A DNA stretch of 64,000 nt, from NCBI GenBank assembly GCA_963748625.1, contig CAVVJT010000007.1, positions 1,271,170 through 1,335,169 on the forward strand, written 5' to 3'. Every line of letters begins with the position of its first letter. Positions within the stretch are counted from its first letter, which is position 1. Source of the stretch: an uncultured Chloroflexia bacterium (lineage in GTDB: Bacteria; Chloroflexota; Limnocylindria; Limnocylindrales; CSP1-4). Both the position numbers and the translations under genes were made by a program. The notes under the pieces were generated by a model. That model was not told the origin of the DNA, did not search any database, and saw nothing but the letters and a program-made list of their open reading frames with translations. This document shows, in pieces, positions 41,503 through 53,684 of this stretch.

Positions 41503-42163
41503 TCAAACCAGCCGCAACCGCGCGCCGCTCGAGTCGGCCAACAGACGCTCGACCGCGGGAGGCAGCAGGAGACTCAATTCAGTCTCGAGCTCCTGACATC
41601 CGGCGGTGTCCAAGGTCAGCCGGCTACGCGCGGAATGAATGAAGCCGCGAACCGTCTGGCCTCCGAAGCTGAGCAGGCCCTGGCGCAAGGGCATGCCATA
41701 TACGGCCAGGACCAGGCCAAAGACGATCGTGTGCCAGCCATGCGCCTCGCCGCGTTGCACCGCCCGCCAGTACCGTTGAACCCGGCGTTCGCCGCGCAAT
41801 GGTCGCATCCGGCGCAGATGGGTGCGGCCGACTTTTTGGCTCGATTCCGCGAGTTGCTCCGGCGACACCGCTGGGGACATGCGCCTTATCCAGGGCGATC
41901 AACTCCGAGAGGGCGCCACGGGACGCGTGGGTAAACCCCTGGAAGACCAGGGGCAATTCCACCGGAATCAACACCGCCTCCACATAGGTCGAGAGAAATC
42001 CGCGCAGCGATCCCAGGTCAATCACCGCCGCCGACCCCGGTACAACCAGGGCGGAGCCCAACCCCTCCAGGTCCTCGGGAGAACCCAGCCTTTGCGCCAG
42101 CTCGCGCGCGTCGCCCGCCAGACCTTTGCCGGGTCGGGCTGCAGTATTTGACGAAATGGCCAT
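41503..42163 (-). CDS. UreF-like helical protein (frameshifted)
   Basis: LIALD, ESSQKVGRTHL, HGWHTIVFGLVLAVYGMP resemble the UreF fold; start uncertain. Confidence 0.5.
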
Positions 42164-42277
42164 CCCGCTTCATCCACCGTCCCTCCCCGAATAGCCGGGG
42201 TATGGGCAGGGACACTACGCCTTCCCGCAGTGGTGCGCCAAATCGAAAACAGTGGGACCGCATGTTTTTTTCGGTCG

Positions 42278-43094
42278 TCAAAGCTCCTTTTTTTCTTGCG
42301 CGCGAGGGCGGGTGCCGCCACCGCGCGTCAGCAACCGTTCGACGCAATCACGGTGACTGCGGCTCAACGTCAGGCGCGCCCCATTTTTGAGCCGGACCGC
42401 GTAATCGCCGTAGAAGAGCGGCTCGAGCTCCAGCACGGCGTCCAGATTCACGACCACCGACCGGCTAATCCGCATGAACTGCCGGGAGGGCAACTGGGCT
42501 TCCAGCGCGCTGAGGGTCTCTCGCACCATGTGCGACTTACTGCCCGCATGCACCTGCACGTAGTTCCCGTCCGCCTCGAGCCAATCGATATCGGCCGTGG
42601 CACAGCAGGATCACCTTGCCATCGATCTTGAATCCCAGACGCTCCTGGCCTTGGGCGGACGACCGGAGCTCGGTCAACAGGGCGGTGATGCGGGGATCGG
42701 GCAGTCCGTGCTTCGGCTCGCCCAATCGCGCGCGGATATGCTGGAGCGTGAGGTGCAGACGGTCGATGGCCACCGGTTTAAGCAGGTAATCGACCGCATG
42801 AACTTCGAAGGCCTTCAGGGCGTATTGATCGTAGGCGGTAACGAAGATGACGAGCGGCAGGTTTTCCAGGCCCACGTTGGCGCAGACCTCGAAGCCATTC
42901 ACGCGCGGCATCTGGATGTCCAGGAACACCACGTCGACCGACCCGCGCTGGAGCAGGACAATGGCTTCCTGGCCGCTGCCGCACTCGCCCACGATGCGCA
43001 CATCGGGTTCCTGCTGGAGCAGGTGCCGAAACCGGGAGCGCGCCGGCGCCTCGTCATCGACCAGGAGGGCTCGGATGGATTCGGGCGCATTCAT
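42278..43094 (-). CDS. LytTR response regulator (frameshift ~42,600)
   Basis: LVDDEAPAR, FLDIQMP, FVTAYDQYA, DYLLKP, FMRISRSVVVN, LSRS. Confidence 0.9.
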
Positions 43095-44216
43095 GGTCGA
43101 TTCGTTTCGCCAGTCTGGAGGTGGTAAGGGATCCTCAACCGGACCTCGAGTCCACCGCCTGGGGCCGGAGCCAGGTCGAGACGTTGCTGCGCGCCGTAAA
43201 GATGCGCGAGCCGCGACCGGGTATTGGTAAGCCCGATTCCCTCCCGCATCCGGCCCTGGTCGGCTTGGGGCAACCCCGGGCCGTTGTCCCGCACGGTCAG
43301 CTCCAGGTCGCTGCCCAGTCGGCGTGCGGTCACGTAGATCTCCGCCCCGGCATCGCGTGCCTCGACCCCGTGCCGGACGGCGTTCTCGACCAGCGGCTGC
43401 AAGATCAACGAAGGAACCAGCGCCTGGGTCACACCGTCGGTCCGCCTGAACCTGCACTTGCAAGCGTTCGCCGAAGCGGGCGCGCTCGAGTTCGAGGTAG
43501 CGCTCGACGATGCCCAGCTCACGTTCGAGGGGGATCTCCTGGGCATCGGTGTTATCGAGGCTCACCCGCAGCAACTCGCCCAACTGGGTGATCATCCGGT
43601 CCGCGGCTTCCGGCTGTTCGTGCACCAGAGCCGCGATCGTGTTCAGCGCGTTAAAGAGGAAGTGCGGGTTCACCTGCATCCGCAGGGCGTCCAGCCGGGC
43701 GCGCGTCAGCTTGGCCTCCAGCTCGGCCTCGAATCGGTCGCGTTCGCGCAGGCGCCGGTTGTACAGCCAGGCGTGATAGGCGAGCACGATCAAGGCATAC
43801 ATCACCGCGTGGTTGAACGGGTAAAGCACCATCATCTTGCGCAGTGCCTCCCCAAACACAAAGGTCGATCCATCCTTTAAGGACGGCTGACCATGCAACC
43901 ACGCCGAGTAAACCACGCTGTAAATGGCGAAGGTGACCACACATCCCGCCGCGTGAACGCTCAGGCATCGGCCCAGCCGCCCACGCTCAAAGGGAAATCG
44001 CTCGGCAAAACCTAATACTCCCAGTCCCACCGCGGCCCACAGCAGATTGCTCTCGATCCCGCGTCGCAAAACCGCAAACCAGTCCACCGCCCGCCCTTCC
44101 AGCTCCAAACCCGCGTACATCTGCACGCCGTCGATCAACCCCAGGGCAATCCAGAAGGCCAACCACCCTGCCAGCCACCGACAATTTCCCGGAGACAGAT
44201 TTCGCATGAGGCTCAT
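43091..44216 (-). CDS. LytS-type histidine kinase (frameshift ~43,450)
   Basis: TM region, LRMQVNPHFLFNALN, LQPLVENAVRHG, GIGLTN. Confidence 0.9.
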
Positions 44217-44253
44217 GGGGACGCCGCTTCTATAAACCCCACCGTCGGCCTTG

Positions 44254-44487
44254 TCACGCCCGCACGTGAAATGGCGCCGCCATCGTTCCAGCCCCGCCGC
44301 CCGCGCGGTAAAGCGTCCGCGCCAATCCGTATCGCCGGCGCCGGTTGTTCTTGGGTGCCACCATCACGGGACTTGACGTTACGGCCGGAGGCATGGCGAT
44401 CGGTTCGGCGCACGTTTCCTCCAACAGCTGCTCCCAGGGCTGCAGTTGAATCGACTCTGAAGGTTTCCTCTCCAAGGTCGCTTTCAT
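44254..44487 (-). CDS. small hypothetical protein
   Basis: Fills an intergenic gap; ATG start; no motif. Confidence 0.25.
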   Translation of the reverse strand: MKATLERKPSESIQLQPWEQLLEETCAEPIAMPPAVTSSPVMVAPKNNRRRRYGLARTLYRAGGGAGTMAAPFHVRA

Positions 44488-44704
44488 AACGACCTTAAAT
44501 TGCCTGAGGATCCGCCCAGATCAGAACTCATAGTGATGGACTGCAATCGCCACGGGTCGGATTGCTTAAGCCCGAGGACGAACCGCAGCTCGATGATTGG
44601 GATGATCCAGGTCCGGTTGAAGCCGGGGCGCGGCGTTTTCGTGCGGCGTTTTCCTGTTGGAATGTCCCCGACCCGCGGGCACATTCACGGCCAGCACGTC
44701 GCGC

Positions 44705-45443
44705 ATGGCCAACCGCTATTTCCAACTGGGCGAACAGCGCGCCTCCCGCGTCGAAGCGTTGTTCAATGCCATAGCGCCCCGCTACGACCTGATCAACGAC
44801 CTGCAGAGCCTCGGATTGCATCGGCGCTGGAAACGGCAACTGGTGCGCCGCGCCGCGATCGCCCCGGGCCAAACCGCGCTCGACGTCTGCTGCGGCACCG
44901 GGGACATCGCGTTCGCCTTGAACCGCGCCGGTGCCCGGGTGTTAGCGGTGGATTTCAGCGCGCCGATGCTGGCCGGAGCCACCCGCAGGAAGGCGGCGGC
45001 TGGCGGAACGCGCGACGACCCGGCGGCCCTCGCTTTCGCCCGCGGCGACGCGCTGCGGCTGCCGGTTCGGGAAGCCACGGTGGACGTGGTCACCATCGCG
45101 TATGGTTTGCGCAACCTCGCGGATCTGGACCTGGCTTTGCGCGAGTTCCATCGCGTCACGCGGCCCGGGGGCAGACTGCTGGTCCTGGATTTCGGGAAGC
45201 CCGCCGCGGCGGCATGGCGGGCCCTTTACTTCGCTTACTTGCGGCTCGTGGTCCCACTTTTCGGCAAGACTCTTTTGCGGCGATGCCGAGAGCTACCGTT
45301 ACATCCTCGATTCACTCGAACAATACCCGGCCCAGGCCGGGCTCGGCGGACTGCTGACCCGCGCCGGCTGGACGGATCCGGAGACCACGAACATCCTCGG
45401 GGGGATCATGAGTCTCAGCAGCGCCCGCAAACCGGGAGGGTGA
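44705..45443 (+). CDS. ubiE: UbiE/MenG methyltransferase (frameshift ~45,270)
   Basis: FNAIAPRYDLIND, LDVCCGTGD, YGLRN, SYRYILDS. Confidence 0.9.
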
Positions 45444-45481
45444 AGCTCCGCCGAGCCCGGACGCGCCACGCGGGTTCGGGA

Positions 45482-46369
45482 TCATTCCGGTTTCTGGAAG
45501 TCATCCGCGTGATACGAACTTCGCACCTTCGGGCCGCTCGCCACATGGACAAAACCCATCTCCCGCGCCGCCGCCGCGTATTCGTCGAAGCGCGACGGCG
45601 GGACAAACTCGACCACCGGCAAATGCCTGGGCGTGGGCTGCAGGTATTGGCCTAACGTGAGAATATCGCACCCGCTTCCCCGCAAGTCCCCCATGGCGGT
45701 CAGCACTTCTTCGCGGTGTTCGCCCAGGCCGAGCATCAATCCGGATTTCGTAAAGGTCCGCGCGGGGGCGCGCAGCTTGACCTTGGCCAATACACTGAGC
45801 GAGCGGTCGTAGGTTGCCCGATGCCGCACCGTCGGCGTCAGGCGCCGGACGGTTTCGAGGTTGTGATTGAAGATGTCCGGCCGGGCGGCCAGGACGGCCG
45901 CGATCGCGTCGTCGCCGTCCCCAAAATCCGGCGTCAACACCTCGATCACGATGCCCGGACAAGCCTGGCGCACGGCCTCGATCGACCGTCCGAAATGCGC
46001 GGCGCCGCCATCGGCCAGGTCGTCGCGCGCCACCGCCGTGATCACCACATGTTTCAACCGCATTCGGCGCGTGGCCTCGGCCACTCGTCGTGGTTCGTCC
46101 TCGTCCAGGGGCAGCGGTTTGGCGGTGGTGACCGCGCAAAAGCCGCAGGCCCGGGTGCAGCGATCCCCGGCGATCATGAAGGTTGCCGTGCCTTTGCTCC
46201 AACACTCCCAATGATTCGGACAACGGGCGCTCTCGCAGACGGTGTGCAGCTTCAGCGAGTCGAGCAGGGTGCGGGTCTGCGCGTAAGAATCGGAAGTGGG
46301 CAGCGGCATCCGGAGCCAATCCGGCAAACGCGGACGGCCGGGAGCGATCGTGGTGGGTGTCGGTGGCAT
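45482..46369 (-). CDS. lipA: lipoyl synthase
   Basis: [33 protein letters not shown]. Confidence 0.97.
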   Translation of the reverse strand: MPPTPTTIAPGRPRLPDWLRMPLPTSDSYAQTRTLLDSLKLHTVCESARCPNHWECWSKGTATFMIAGDRCTRACGFCAVTTAKPLPLDEDEPRRVAEATRRMRLKHVVITAVARDDLADGGAAHFGRSIEAVRQACPGIVIEVLTPDFGDGDDAIAAVLAARPDIFNHNLETVRRLTPTVRHRATYDRSLSVLAKVKLRAPARTFTKSGLMLGLGEHREEVLTAMGDLRGSGCDILTLGQYLQPTPRHLPVVEFVPPSRFDEYAAAAREMGFVHVASGPKVRSSYHADDFQKPE

Positions 46370-46396
46370 GAGCGGCAGGTTGATGCCAGTAACGCC

Positions 46397-46654
46397 TCAA
46401 TCCTCGGAATCGAGGCTGCGCCAGAAGTTAGCCAGTTCGCGGGACCCGAAATCGGCCAGGACCCTCCCATCCACGTCGATCACCGGGGCGAGCGTTTGTC
46501 CCGAGAGACGGTACATTTCGTCGTAGGCCCGTGAATCGCGGATCACATCGAGCACCTGGTAGGCGATCTTCCGTTGATCCAGCCAATCCATGGCCTGCGA
46601 ACACCAACCGCAATACGGTTTGATGAATAGTCGAACTTGCCCAGCCTGATACAT
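46397..46654 (-). CDS. glutaredoxin-family protein
   Basis: CGWC, SGQTLAPVI. Confidence 0.85.
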   Translation of the reverse strand: MYQAGQVRLFIKPYCGWCSQAMDWLDQRKIAYQVLDVIRDSRAYDEMYRLSGQTLAPVIDVDGRVLADFGSRELANFWRSLDSED

Positions 46655-46733
46655 AAGTCGTCTTTCGAACCCTTTCAGCGCGGGCAATCTGCCTCAGGTC
46701 CGGCGAACTGACAACCGGGAATCCTGGGGAGAA

Positions 46734-46773
46734 GGGACCATGAGACCATGGGACCACGGGACCATGGGACCGT
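46734..46773. repeat. 5x 8-bp tandem repeat, consensus GGGACCAT
   Basis: gggaccat gagaccat gggaccac gggaccat gggaccgt. Confidence 0.85.
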
Positions 46774-46890
46774 GGAACTCCGATTGGGGGCAGGGACGCG
46801 CCGGACGCGTGCTGAGCGAGGGATGATCAAGCGCATCCATACAACGCTCTGTCAAGGTATGCGTCCTACCCGCGAAGCCCCGTCCGAGCC

Positions 46891-46940
46891 GCGCTTTCCA
46901 ATCCGGTAGGGACGCGCTGCCGCGCGTTCCCTGACATCCC
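46891..46940. repeat. GTAG-type REP-like palindrome
   Basis: Near-perfect reverse complement of 37808-37857. Confidence 0.8.
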
Positions 46941-46954
46941 GTCGAGTTCTTTGC

Positions 46955-47063
46955 GGTCAGATCTCAATATTTTACATTTCAGAGTCCCGGCTGTGACTCC
47001 TGATCGAGGCAAGCGACGTTCAGTCTCGAACACGTGGCAAATGTCAAATACTGAGATCTGACC
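46955..47063. repeat. 109-bp MITE/REPIN-like element with 25-bp terminal inverted repeats
   Basis: GGTCAGATCTCAATATTTTACATTT...AAATGTCAAATACTGAGATCTGACC (23/25); solo arm at 39476-39500. Confidence 0.75.
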
Positions 47064-47134
47064 CTACGGGGAAGAGGCGCGGACGTCCGGACGCGGGCTT
47101 GTCGATGGACGCGGGCCGGCGCATGCTCGCGGGC

Positions 47135-50100
47135 ATGAAGCTGCTTACGGTCGGCTGGTGCCTGCTCGCGTCGGCATGGGTGATGACCGCGCGGTCGGCC
47201 ACCGTTGCGGTCCACGAACTCCGTTGCGAATACCGGGTCGACCCCGCAGGCATGGACGTTCGGCATCCACGCCTTGGCTGGACGCTCACAGCCGAGGAAC
47301 GCGGTCAACGTCAGACGGCCTACCAGGTTCTGGTGGCGTCGAGCGCGGATCGACTCGAGCCCGACCGGGTCGACTTGTGGGACAGTGGCAAAGTGGCCTC
47401 GGACGAGTCGGTGCAGGTCGAATACGGCGGGAAAGCCCTCGCGAGCCGGATGCGGTGTCACTGGAAGGTTCGCGTTTGGGATGCGCAGGATCAAGTGTCG
47501 GCCTGGAGCCCACCGGCGGCATGGACGATGGGATTGCTGGACGCGTCGGATTGGCACGCGCACTGGATTGCGGATGCGGGAACCAACGCGATCGTGCGGG
47601 TCGCGCGTGCGGCCAACGGTTACCATAGTCAAATCGCGGGTTCGGCCGATACGGAGAAATGGGCGGTCGTGGATCTCGGCGCGCCGCGATTCATCGATGG
47701 CATCCGGCTGTTCCCGGCCCGGCCCTTCGACTGGCAACCCGACACTCCGGGATTTCTCTTTCCCCTGCGATTCCAGGTGGAGCTGGCGGATCAACCGGAC
47801 TTCGCGGATGGCCGAATCGTGATCGATCACACCGGCGCGGACGTGCCTAACCCGGGCACCAACGCACCCAGTTACCCGTTCACCGCCACGCGTGCCCAGT
47901 TCGTCCGATTGCGGGTGACGCAACTGCCCCGGCGCGATGGCACGAACTTCGCCTTCGCCCTGGCCGAACTGCAGGTGCTGTCCGGGGGACAACCGGTTTC
48001 GCCGGGGGCCAAGGCGACGGCGCTGGATACGATCGAGAGCGGCGGTTGGTCGTTGACGCATCTGACCGATGACGTGCTGACGACGGTCAACCCGCCGCCG
48101 GGCGAAGGCGCGCTGCCGGCCACCCTGCTGCGGCGCGCTTTCGAGGTAACTACGCCAATCCGACGGGCCACGGTGTATGCCACCGCGCTGGGTCTTTACG
48201 AATTGCGCATCAATGGCCGGCGCGTTGGAGATCAACTCCTGGCCCCGGAGTGGACCAATTATCGGAAGCGGGTGCAGGTGCAGAGCCAGGATGTCACCGG
48301 GCTCTTGCGCGACGGCGAGAACACGCCTGGCCGCCATGGTCGGCGAAGGATGGTATGCCGGGAGACTCATGCTGGTGGGCCGCGGGGCCTACGGACCGCA
48401 GCCAGCCTTTCTGCTACAACTTGAGATCGAGCAAGTCGACGGGAGCCGACGAACGATCGTCACCGACCAGTCCTGGGAGAGCACCACGGACGGGCCGATC
48501 CGATCCTCAGGGATCTACGACGGCGAAGTGTATGACGCGCGCAAGGAACGACCGGGATGGGACATGGGTGGCGATTCCTCGAACGATTGGCACCCGGTGC
48601 GGGTGGTCGGGCTCGCAGTAGCTCGCCCCTCCAAGAGTGTGGCGCTGGAGGGCCGAGTTACCACGAGGCCGATGGCGGAACCGGACGCGGAAGTCGCCGG
48701 ACTCGCGGGAGCTCGCCCCTCCAAGAGTGTGGCGCTGGAGGGGGAATTAGGACTCAACCCGAGGTTGGTCTGGCAACCCAACGAGCCGATCCGGGTCGTG
48801 CTCGAGCTCAAACCACGATTGGTCACCGAGCCCAAACCAGGTGTCTACGTATTCGATCTGGGGCAGAATATGGTGGGGTGGTGTCGACTGAGCGGTGAAG
48901 GCCGTGCGGGTGTGCCGGTGACGATCCGGCACGCCGAAATGCTCGAGGAAGATGGCATGCTTTACACCGCGAACCTGCGGGCGGCACCGCAGGTCAACCG
49001 TTACATTCCACGACAAGACGGTCCGTTCCATTTCGAACCGCACTTCACCTATCAAGGGTTTCGGTATGTCGAGGTGAGCGGCCTGGCAGCGGCACCGTCA
49101 GCCGACGCGGTGTTGGGACGCGTGTTCCATTCGTCGGCGCCGGACACGGGCACGTTCGAATGCTCGGAGCCAATGCTGAATCAACTGATGCGGAACATTG
49201 TCTGGACGCAGCGGGGCAACCTGATGAGTTCACCCAATGATTGCCCGCAACGGGACGAGCGCTTTGGGTGGATGGGCGATATCCAGGTGTTCGGCCAGAC
49301 CGCCATGTTCAACTTGAACCTCGCCGCCTTCTTCACCAAATGGCTCCGCGACGTTCGCGATGACCAGGCCGACGACGGCCGGTTCCCCGATTTCGCGCCA
49401 CATCCCGGCAACCCGAACCTGATGTTTTCCGGCGCGCCCGCCTGGGCGGACGCCGGCGTCATCGTTCCGTGGCACGCTTACGTGAACTACGGTGACGTGC
49501 GACTGCTCGGGGAGCAGTTCGAGGCCGCGCGCCGCTGGGTGGATTATGTCCAGGGGCAGAACCCGGATCTCCTTTGGCGCAAGAGCCGGCACAACGATTA
49601 CAACGACTGGCTCAACGGGGATTGGATCAAACAAACGGACTGGCCCGCCCAGGGCGCCTCCGTTACCAACGAAGTCCTGGCCACCGCGTTTTTCGCGCAT
49701 TCGACCGAGCTGGTTTCGCGCATGGCCCGCGTGCTCGGTCGTGAGGCCGAAGTCGGCAACCTACGCGGAGCGGGCGCGGGAGATCCGAGAGGCTTTCAAC
49801 CGGGCCTTTGTCGACCGAGACGGTCGCATTGTGGGAGACACCCAGGCTGGCTATGCGCTGGCCCTGAACTTCGACCTGCTGCCGGAGGAGCAGCGGCCGC
49901 GCGCGGTGAGGCATCTCGTCGCGGGGATTCGTCGTTACCAGGGTCATCTCTCGACCGGCATCCAGTCCACCCATCGGTTGATGCTCGAGCTCACGCGGGG
50001 GGGTCAGCACACCCTCGCCTGGCAACTCGCCACCAACCGCACCTTCCCCTCCTGGGGCTACATGATCGAGAACGGCGCCACCACCATCTGGGAACGCTGG

Positions 50101-50538
50101 GACGGCTACGTGCGCGGGCGTGGATTTCAGGATGCCGGGATGAACTCCTTCAACCATTGGGCGCTCGGCGCGGTCGGCGAATGGCTCTGGCGCCACGTCG
50201 CCGGCATTCAACCGGATGAGACTCAACCCGGCTACCGCCGCGTGGTCATTGCGCCACACCCGGGTGGCGGAGTGACCTGGGCTCGGGCGGAGCATCGCTC
50301 GATCCGCGGTCCCATCTCGACCTACTGGAAGCTGGCGCCGGATCAGTTCGTGCTGGAAATCAACCTGCCGCCCAACTCGACCGCCACCGTCCGGGTTCCA
50401 ACGTCCGACTCCGGACAGGTCCGTGAAAGCGGCCGACCGGCGGCCGAGTCGGTCGGCGTCCGCCGGTTGCGAACGGAGCCGGACGCGGTGTGGTTTGAGG
50501 TTGGCTCAGGGCATTATGTGTTTGAAGCGTCCCAATAG
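47135..50538 (+). CDS. GH78 alpha-L-rhamnosidase with inserted F5/8-like domain (two frameshifts)
   Basis: QTAYQVLVAS, WDSGKV, TALGLYE, DLGQNMVG, DCPQRDERFGWMGD, TTIWERW, SFNHWALG. Confidence 0.92.
48620..48742. repeat. two 33-bp identical hairpin repeats, 90 bp apart, inside the GH78 CDS
   Basis: AGCTCGCCCCTCCAAGAGTGTGGCGCTGGAGGG at 48620 and 48710. Confidence 0.9.
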
Positions 50539-50572
50539 CGACTCGCTCCGACCGCGAAGCCACCCTATGGGA

Positions 50573-50704
50573 GGTAGGGACGCGCTCCGCGCGCTCCCTG
50601 GAATGTGATTGCGGACAGGGATCAGCAAAGGGGCGCCTTGGATGAGTTTCACAGCGAATGATGGGGACCCGCAGGAGCGGTTCCCTACCGGGTTGGGAAG
50701 CGCG
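50573..50704. repeat. inverted pair of GTAG-type REP-like units
   Basis: GGTAGGGACGCGCTCCGCGCGCTCCC ... GGGACCCGCAGGAGCGGTTCCCTACC. Confidence 0.75.
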
Positions 50705-50934
50705 GCGGAATGGCGTTCCCTCAAAGACGCAGGCAATGGGACTCGGCTTGCCACGAACTGCTGGTAGCGCCCATCCGGGCAATCGCGGTCCGACCCACCG
50801 GCGCATCACATCGCCTCATCAATCCGGTTGCTCCGCCATTCGCGAAATGATATGCAAGGCGCGTCTCCCGGGGAAAATCAGGCGGAAACGGGTCCGTCCC
50901 GGGCAGTGGTCAGCACGCGCGTCGGAATGAAGCC

Positions 50935-52378
50935 ATGAACAACGAACAACTTTACCAGCAGCGCCTCAGCCGTTACGTCGCCGCCATGCGCAATGAGAAA
51001 CCGGACTGCGTGCCGGTGCGGCCTTTTGTGGCGGAGTTCACCGCCCGCTACGCCGGCTACACGTCCCAGGAAGTCGCGCACGATTACCATAAGGCGTTCG
51101 AGGCCGCGGTCCGTTGCGCCAAGGACTACGACTGGGACGCGGTCGTGCCGAACATGGTTTATGTCTGGACCGGGCTCACCCAGGCGATGGGGCTCCGCTA
51201 CTACGGCGTGCCGGGCATCGGAATTCCCGCCGATGTCGGTTTCAATTACATCGAACCGCCGGAAGGCCAGGCCTGGATGCGCGAGGACGAATACGACGCG
51301 TTGATCGACGATCCGACCGGTTTTCTTTACGAGGTCTGGTTCCCGCGGGTGTGCGCCGACGCCGCGCCCATGGGCGGCCCGTGCACGTTCCGCAACAACC
51401 TCGCCTTCGTGAAAGGCGGGATGGCCATGCTCCAGTACTTCTACGCGTTCGGTCCGCAGATCCAGCGGCTGCGCACCGAATGCGGCACCGCGTCCGCCAT
51501 TGCCGGCATCTTCAAGGCCCCGTTCGACATTCTCGCGGACAAACTGCGCGGTTATGTGGGCCTGACCATGGACATGCACACCCAGCCGGACAAGGTGCTC
51601 AAAGCCTGTGAAGCGCTCATGCCCCACCTGTGTCATGTCGGCCTGACCACCGCCGATCCGGCAAAACAGGTGCCGATCGGGTTCTGGATGCATCGCGGTT
51701 GCGTGCCATTCGTCAATCCCCGCCAGTTCGCCTCCCATTACTGGCCCACGCTCAAGCCCATCATCGAAGAGTTCTACAAGCATGGGCACCAAACCCTGTT
51801 TTACGCCGAAGGCAAATGGGCATCATCACTACGACGCCTTCCGTGAACTGCCTGATCGCAGCATCGTCTATCACTGCGACCGCGATGATATCTTCGAGGC
51901 GCATCGGCGGCTGCACGACAAGTTCGCCCTGAGCGGCGGCGTGCCGAATGTCCTGCTCAGCTACGGCAGCACCGACGAAGTCCGCGCGTTTTGCGAGCGC
52001 GTGATCCGCGAGGTCGCCTGCGACGGCGGCTACATCATGGACGCCGGCGCCATCATGCAGAACGATACTTCGCCGGAGAACCTGCGCGATCATGACCCAG
52101 GTCGCCCGTGAACTGGGCGGTGTACGACGGCAGCGGTTACCAGGTCACGTCCCCGGATCAGACGCGTGGTCCGCAACCGACGCCAGCCGATCTGCAGCGT
52201 CCCGGATTGGCCAATCCGCGGCCGACCCTGTCGGGCGCCCGGCGTTTGCGTGCCCTGGGCGGAGAAACAGAAAGAACTGCCGGAGATCACCGGCGACGTC
52301 GACCTGGTTCGGCGGGTGTGGGAAGCCAATGACGCCCTCGGGAATGTTTTCATCTGGCAGTGTCTGCTGAGCTTTTAG
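50935..52378 (+). CDS. uroporphyrinogen decarboxylase / MtaA-CmuA family protein (frameshifted)
   Basis: EKPDCVP, APFDILADKLRG, YWPTLK, LSGGVP, GGYIMDAG. Confidence 0.82.
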
Positions 52379-52620
52379 GATTCTTCTTTCAGGCGGGCAC
52401 GACGTCGCCAATACGAATTGCCGCATCAGCCCGGAACGAGTTCAGCCACGGGACGGAGGGTGCAAGGTTTCACCATGCGCGCTGCGGGCTTCGAGTTGGT
52501 CGGCGGCGGTTTCGAGGTCGAACTGGGTTTGCAGGTCGAGCTACCCGGCGGGCCGGGCGCCTGCGCCAGCGCGTGGGTCTCACTGCGAGCTCTCCTCCAT
52601 CCGGGAACCTCGGCCAATGA

Positions 52621-52650
52621 TTGACAATAGATATTTCCAGCCGATACGTT
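52621..52650 (+). promoter_or_regulatory. sigma70 promoter, probably leaderless
   Basis: TTGACA-N18-TACGTT, 6 nt before ATG 52657. Confidence 0.55.
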
Positions 52651-52656
52651 GTGGGC

Positions 52657-52923
52657 ATGAAGATGGGCACCATGAACATCTCCCTGACGCCCGAGCAGGC
52701 CGAATACGTCCGGAGTACGGTGGCCCGTGACTTCGGTAACGCCAGCGAGTTCTTCCGCGACCTCCTCCGGGACCGGATGAAGCGCGAGATCGAGGCCGAC
52801 CTGGCCCTGCTCCAGTCCACCACACCGGGTGCGCCCGCCGGGCCGAGCGAGGATGAAATCGCGGGCGTCCTGAAAACCCAGAAGGAAGTTCGCCAAAAGC
52901 TCAGGCATGCGCGTCGTGTTTGA
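52657..52923 (+). CDS. ParD-like RHH antitoxin
   Basis: TMNISLTPEQAEYV...FGNASEFFRDLLR. Confidence 0.8.
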   Translation: MKMGTMNISLTPEQAEYVRSTVARDFGNASEFFRDLLRDRMKREIEADLALLQSTTPGAPAGPSEDEIAGVLKTQKEVRQKLRHARRV

Positions 52924-53107
52924 TGCCAACGTGATCGTGGCCGGGGTTTGTTGGCAGGGCGAAGGTTGGCGCTGCCTGATCCGCATGGCGCGCCGCCACA
53001 CCTTCGTCTACGGCACCGTGGTAACCCTCGAGGAAACCCGCGAAACTGCGGTGCGTGTCATCCGCGAGCGAAAGCCCGCCCACCATGCCGCCGCCCGACT
53101 TGGTTGA
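52907..53107 (+). pseudogene. truncated PIN-domain toxin
   Basis: MRVVFDANVIVAG; only 66 aa. Confidence 0.7.
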
Positions 53108-53379
53108 ACCGTCACGGTTTTCTTGCTCGCTCAAGTCTTCTTCAGCCGGAAGAATCTCGCGTCCCCGCCACCGATCGCGAAACCAGAACCAGCCTTGTCA
53201 CCCGCTCCATCGAGCATCGTGTCGCCAACCAAGAGGTGGACCGCGGTTGGTGCAGCGGTCCCGCGCGCGGGGGCTACGACTCGGGCCGTGGCTCCGGGCG
53301 TTCGCGCGAGACCGCCGTGGCTGGAGCCGGGCCAGATCCACCAACAGTTCAACCACGCCCGGGGATGAACCGGACGCGG

Positions 53380-53442
53380 ATTCGCATCCGGCCGCGGTTT
53401 CGAGGCCTGCGACGCGACGTCCGTGTCGAGCAGCCAGTTCAT
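53380..53442 (-). pseudogene. VapC PIN toxin N-terminal remnant
   Basis: MNWLLDTDVASQASKPRPD, then PIN similarity is lost. Confidence 0.6.
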
Positions 53443-53684
53443 TTGAAAGGCAGGTGATGTTTGGGTACCGGCGGCAGACCCTTCGGCATCCCAAGCAGGG
53501 ATCGACCCAGCCCAGAGTTGGCCCGCTCCGGGCGAGGCAACGGAGAGATCTTGAGGCTACCTTCCTCATCTTCCAGCCAGGTGAGGCGGACGGGGCCGCC
53601 GCGCAGTACGCCCGCGCGTTCGCGCCAACGCTTGGGTACCGTCAACTGGCCCTGGCTGGTAATGGTCGCCGTGTCAGTCTTCAT
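53439..53684 (-). CDS. AbrB/MazE/SpoVT-family antitoxin
   Basis: ATITSQGQLTVPKRWRERAG. Confidence 0.82.
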   Translation of the reverse strand: MKTDTATITSQGQLTVPKRWRERAGVLRGGPVRLTWLEDEEGSLKISPLPRPERANSGLGRSLLGMPKGLPPVPKHHLPFK

